64,000 nucleotides of DNA, taken from NCBI GenBank assembly GCA_913060515.1, contig CAJXRZ010000001.1:51478-115477 (forward strand). The letters are read 5' to 3'. Both the position numbers and the translations under genes were made by a program. The DNA is from an uncultured Pseudomonadota bacterium (lineage in GTDB: Bacteria; Myxococcota_A; UBA796; CAJQPC01). This document shows positions 63,583-64,000 of the stretch, one piece after another. Below the pieces are notes generated by a model. That model did no database searches and was not told the DNA's origin. It saw nothing but the letters and a program-made list of their open reading frames with translations. The stretch's first letter is position 1. Every line of letters starts with the position of its first letter.

Positions 63583-64000
63583 GTGTACCTGTTGGCCGCG
63601 ACCCTGGCGCTTGCCGGGCCCCAAGAACTGCTCGCTCAGGCCCGCACAGCGGAGCGAGAGGGTTGGCCGGCTCAAGAGCAGTCGATCTGTCTGCAGTTGC
63701 TCGATGCGCATCCCCAGGCCCCTCAAGCCGAGGTGTGTGCGGCGCGCTTGAAGACCCTGGATCTGCTCTCTGAGGAGGGCAGTCTGGAGGGCTATCAGAG
63801 TCTTGAGCAGGCGCGGCGCGGTGCCCTGCCGCCGCAGGCTGTGGAGGGGCTCTTGGAGAGCGAGAACGCGGCCTTGGTTTCCCAGACCCAGGCTTGGCTG
63901 GAGGGCGGCGCGCACCAGTCGGCGGTGTACGCGGCGTTGGATGTGCAGCGCCGCCGCCTGGGGGCGGTGAGCTGGGGCGCTCTGGCCTTGTTGACGGTCC
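63583..64000 (+). CDS. Hypothetical protein, 5' part only (runs off window)
   Basis: Open GC3-rich frame from GTG 63583 to the window end. Confidence 0.35.
   Translation, partial: MYLLAATLALAGPQELLAQARTAEREGWPAQEQSICLQLLDAHPQAPQAEVCAARLKTLDLLSEEGSLEGYQSLEQARRGALPPQAVEGLLESENAALVSQTQAWLEGGAHQSAVYAALDVQRRRLGAVSWGALALLTV

Noticed and set aside
1-64000. Search for CRISPR arrays, tRNA/rRNA genes, IS elements and integrases
   Set aside because: No regularly spaced 25-40-nt direct repeats, no tRNA-like cloverleaf candidates in intergenic gaps, and no transposase or integrase-like ORFs were seen. Intergenic regions are short and mostly promoter-like.

Overview
High-GC (about 67%) bacterial chromosomal segment with strongly GC3-biased codon usage. 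Gene content points to a Myxococcota-like deltaproteobacterium: many hybrid histidine kinases, MJ0042-type zinc-ribbon proteins, an AgmX/GltJ-like protein, MopE-type DNDCDG repeats, and about 17 lipoproteins with unusually short M-LLLLL-AC signal peptides. I call about 55 protein-coding genes. Housekeeping genes include pfkA, typA/bipA, glmU, uvrD/pcrA, gatC and gatA, a deoxynucleoside kinase and an SDR. The rest are mostly envelope or secreted proteins (beta-helix lipoproteins, M28 peptidase, GH25 muramidase, OmpA, DedA, GT2, ceramidase-like hydrolase, TolB-propeller amidohydrolase) and signalling proteins (3 hybrid kinases, wHTH-STAND-TPR regulator, AraC regulator, SPFH-GYF protein). I found no rRNA, tRNA, CRISPR array or obvious mobile element. 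The most unusual feature is a TlpA-like thioredoxin-fold lipoprotein gene (3547..3996, minus strand). A single in-frame TGA sits exactly at the first Cys of the CXXC redox motif, giving W-U-G-T-C, and a hairpin lies just downstream in the mRNA. This is the signature of a selenocysteine-recoded selenoprotein rather than a pseudogene. Other points worth a second look: pfkA translationally coupled (ATGA) to a thioredoxin-like [2Fe-2S] ferredoxin; tandem ZnR-GYF-TM-TPR paralogs beside a GltJ-like gene elsewhere in the window; a half-size holin-like gene next to a GH25 lysozyme; and a nested inverted-repeat element in a 5' leader. All coordinates and functions are inferred by eye from the sequence and the ORF track, with no database searches run. 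Start codons in particular are approximate in several cases.
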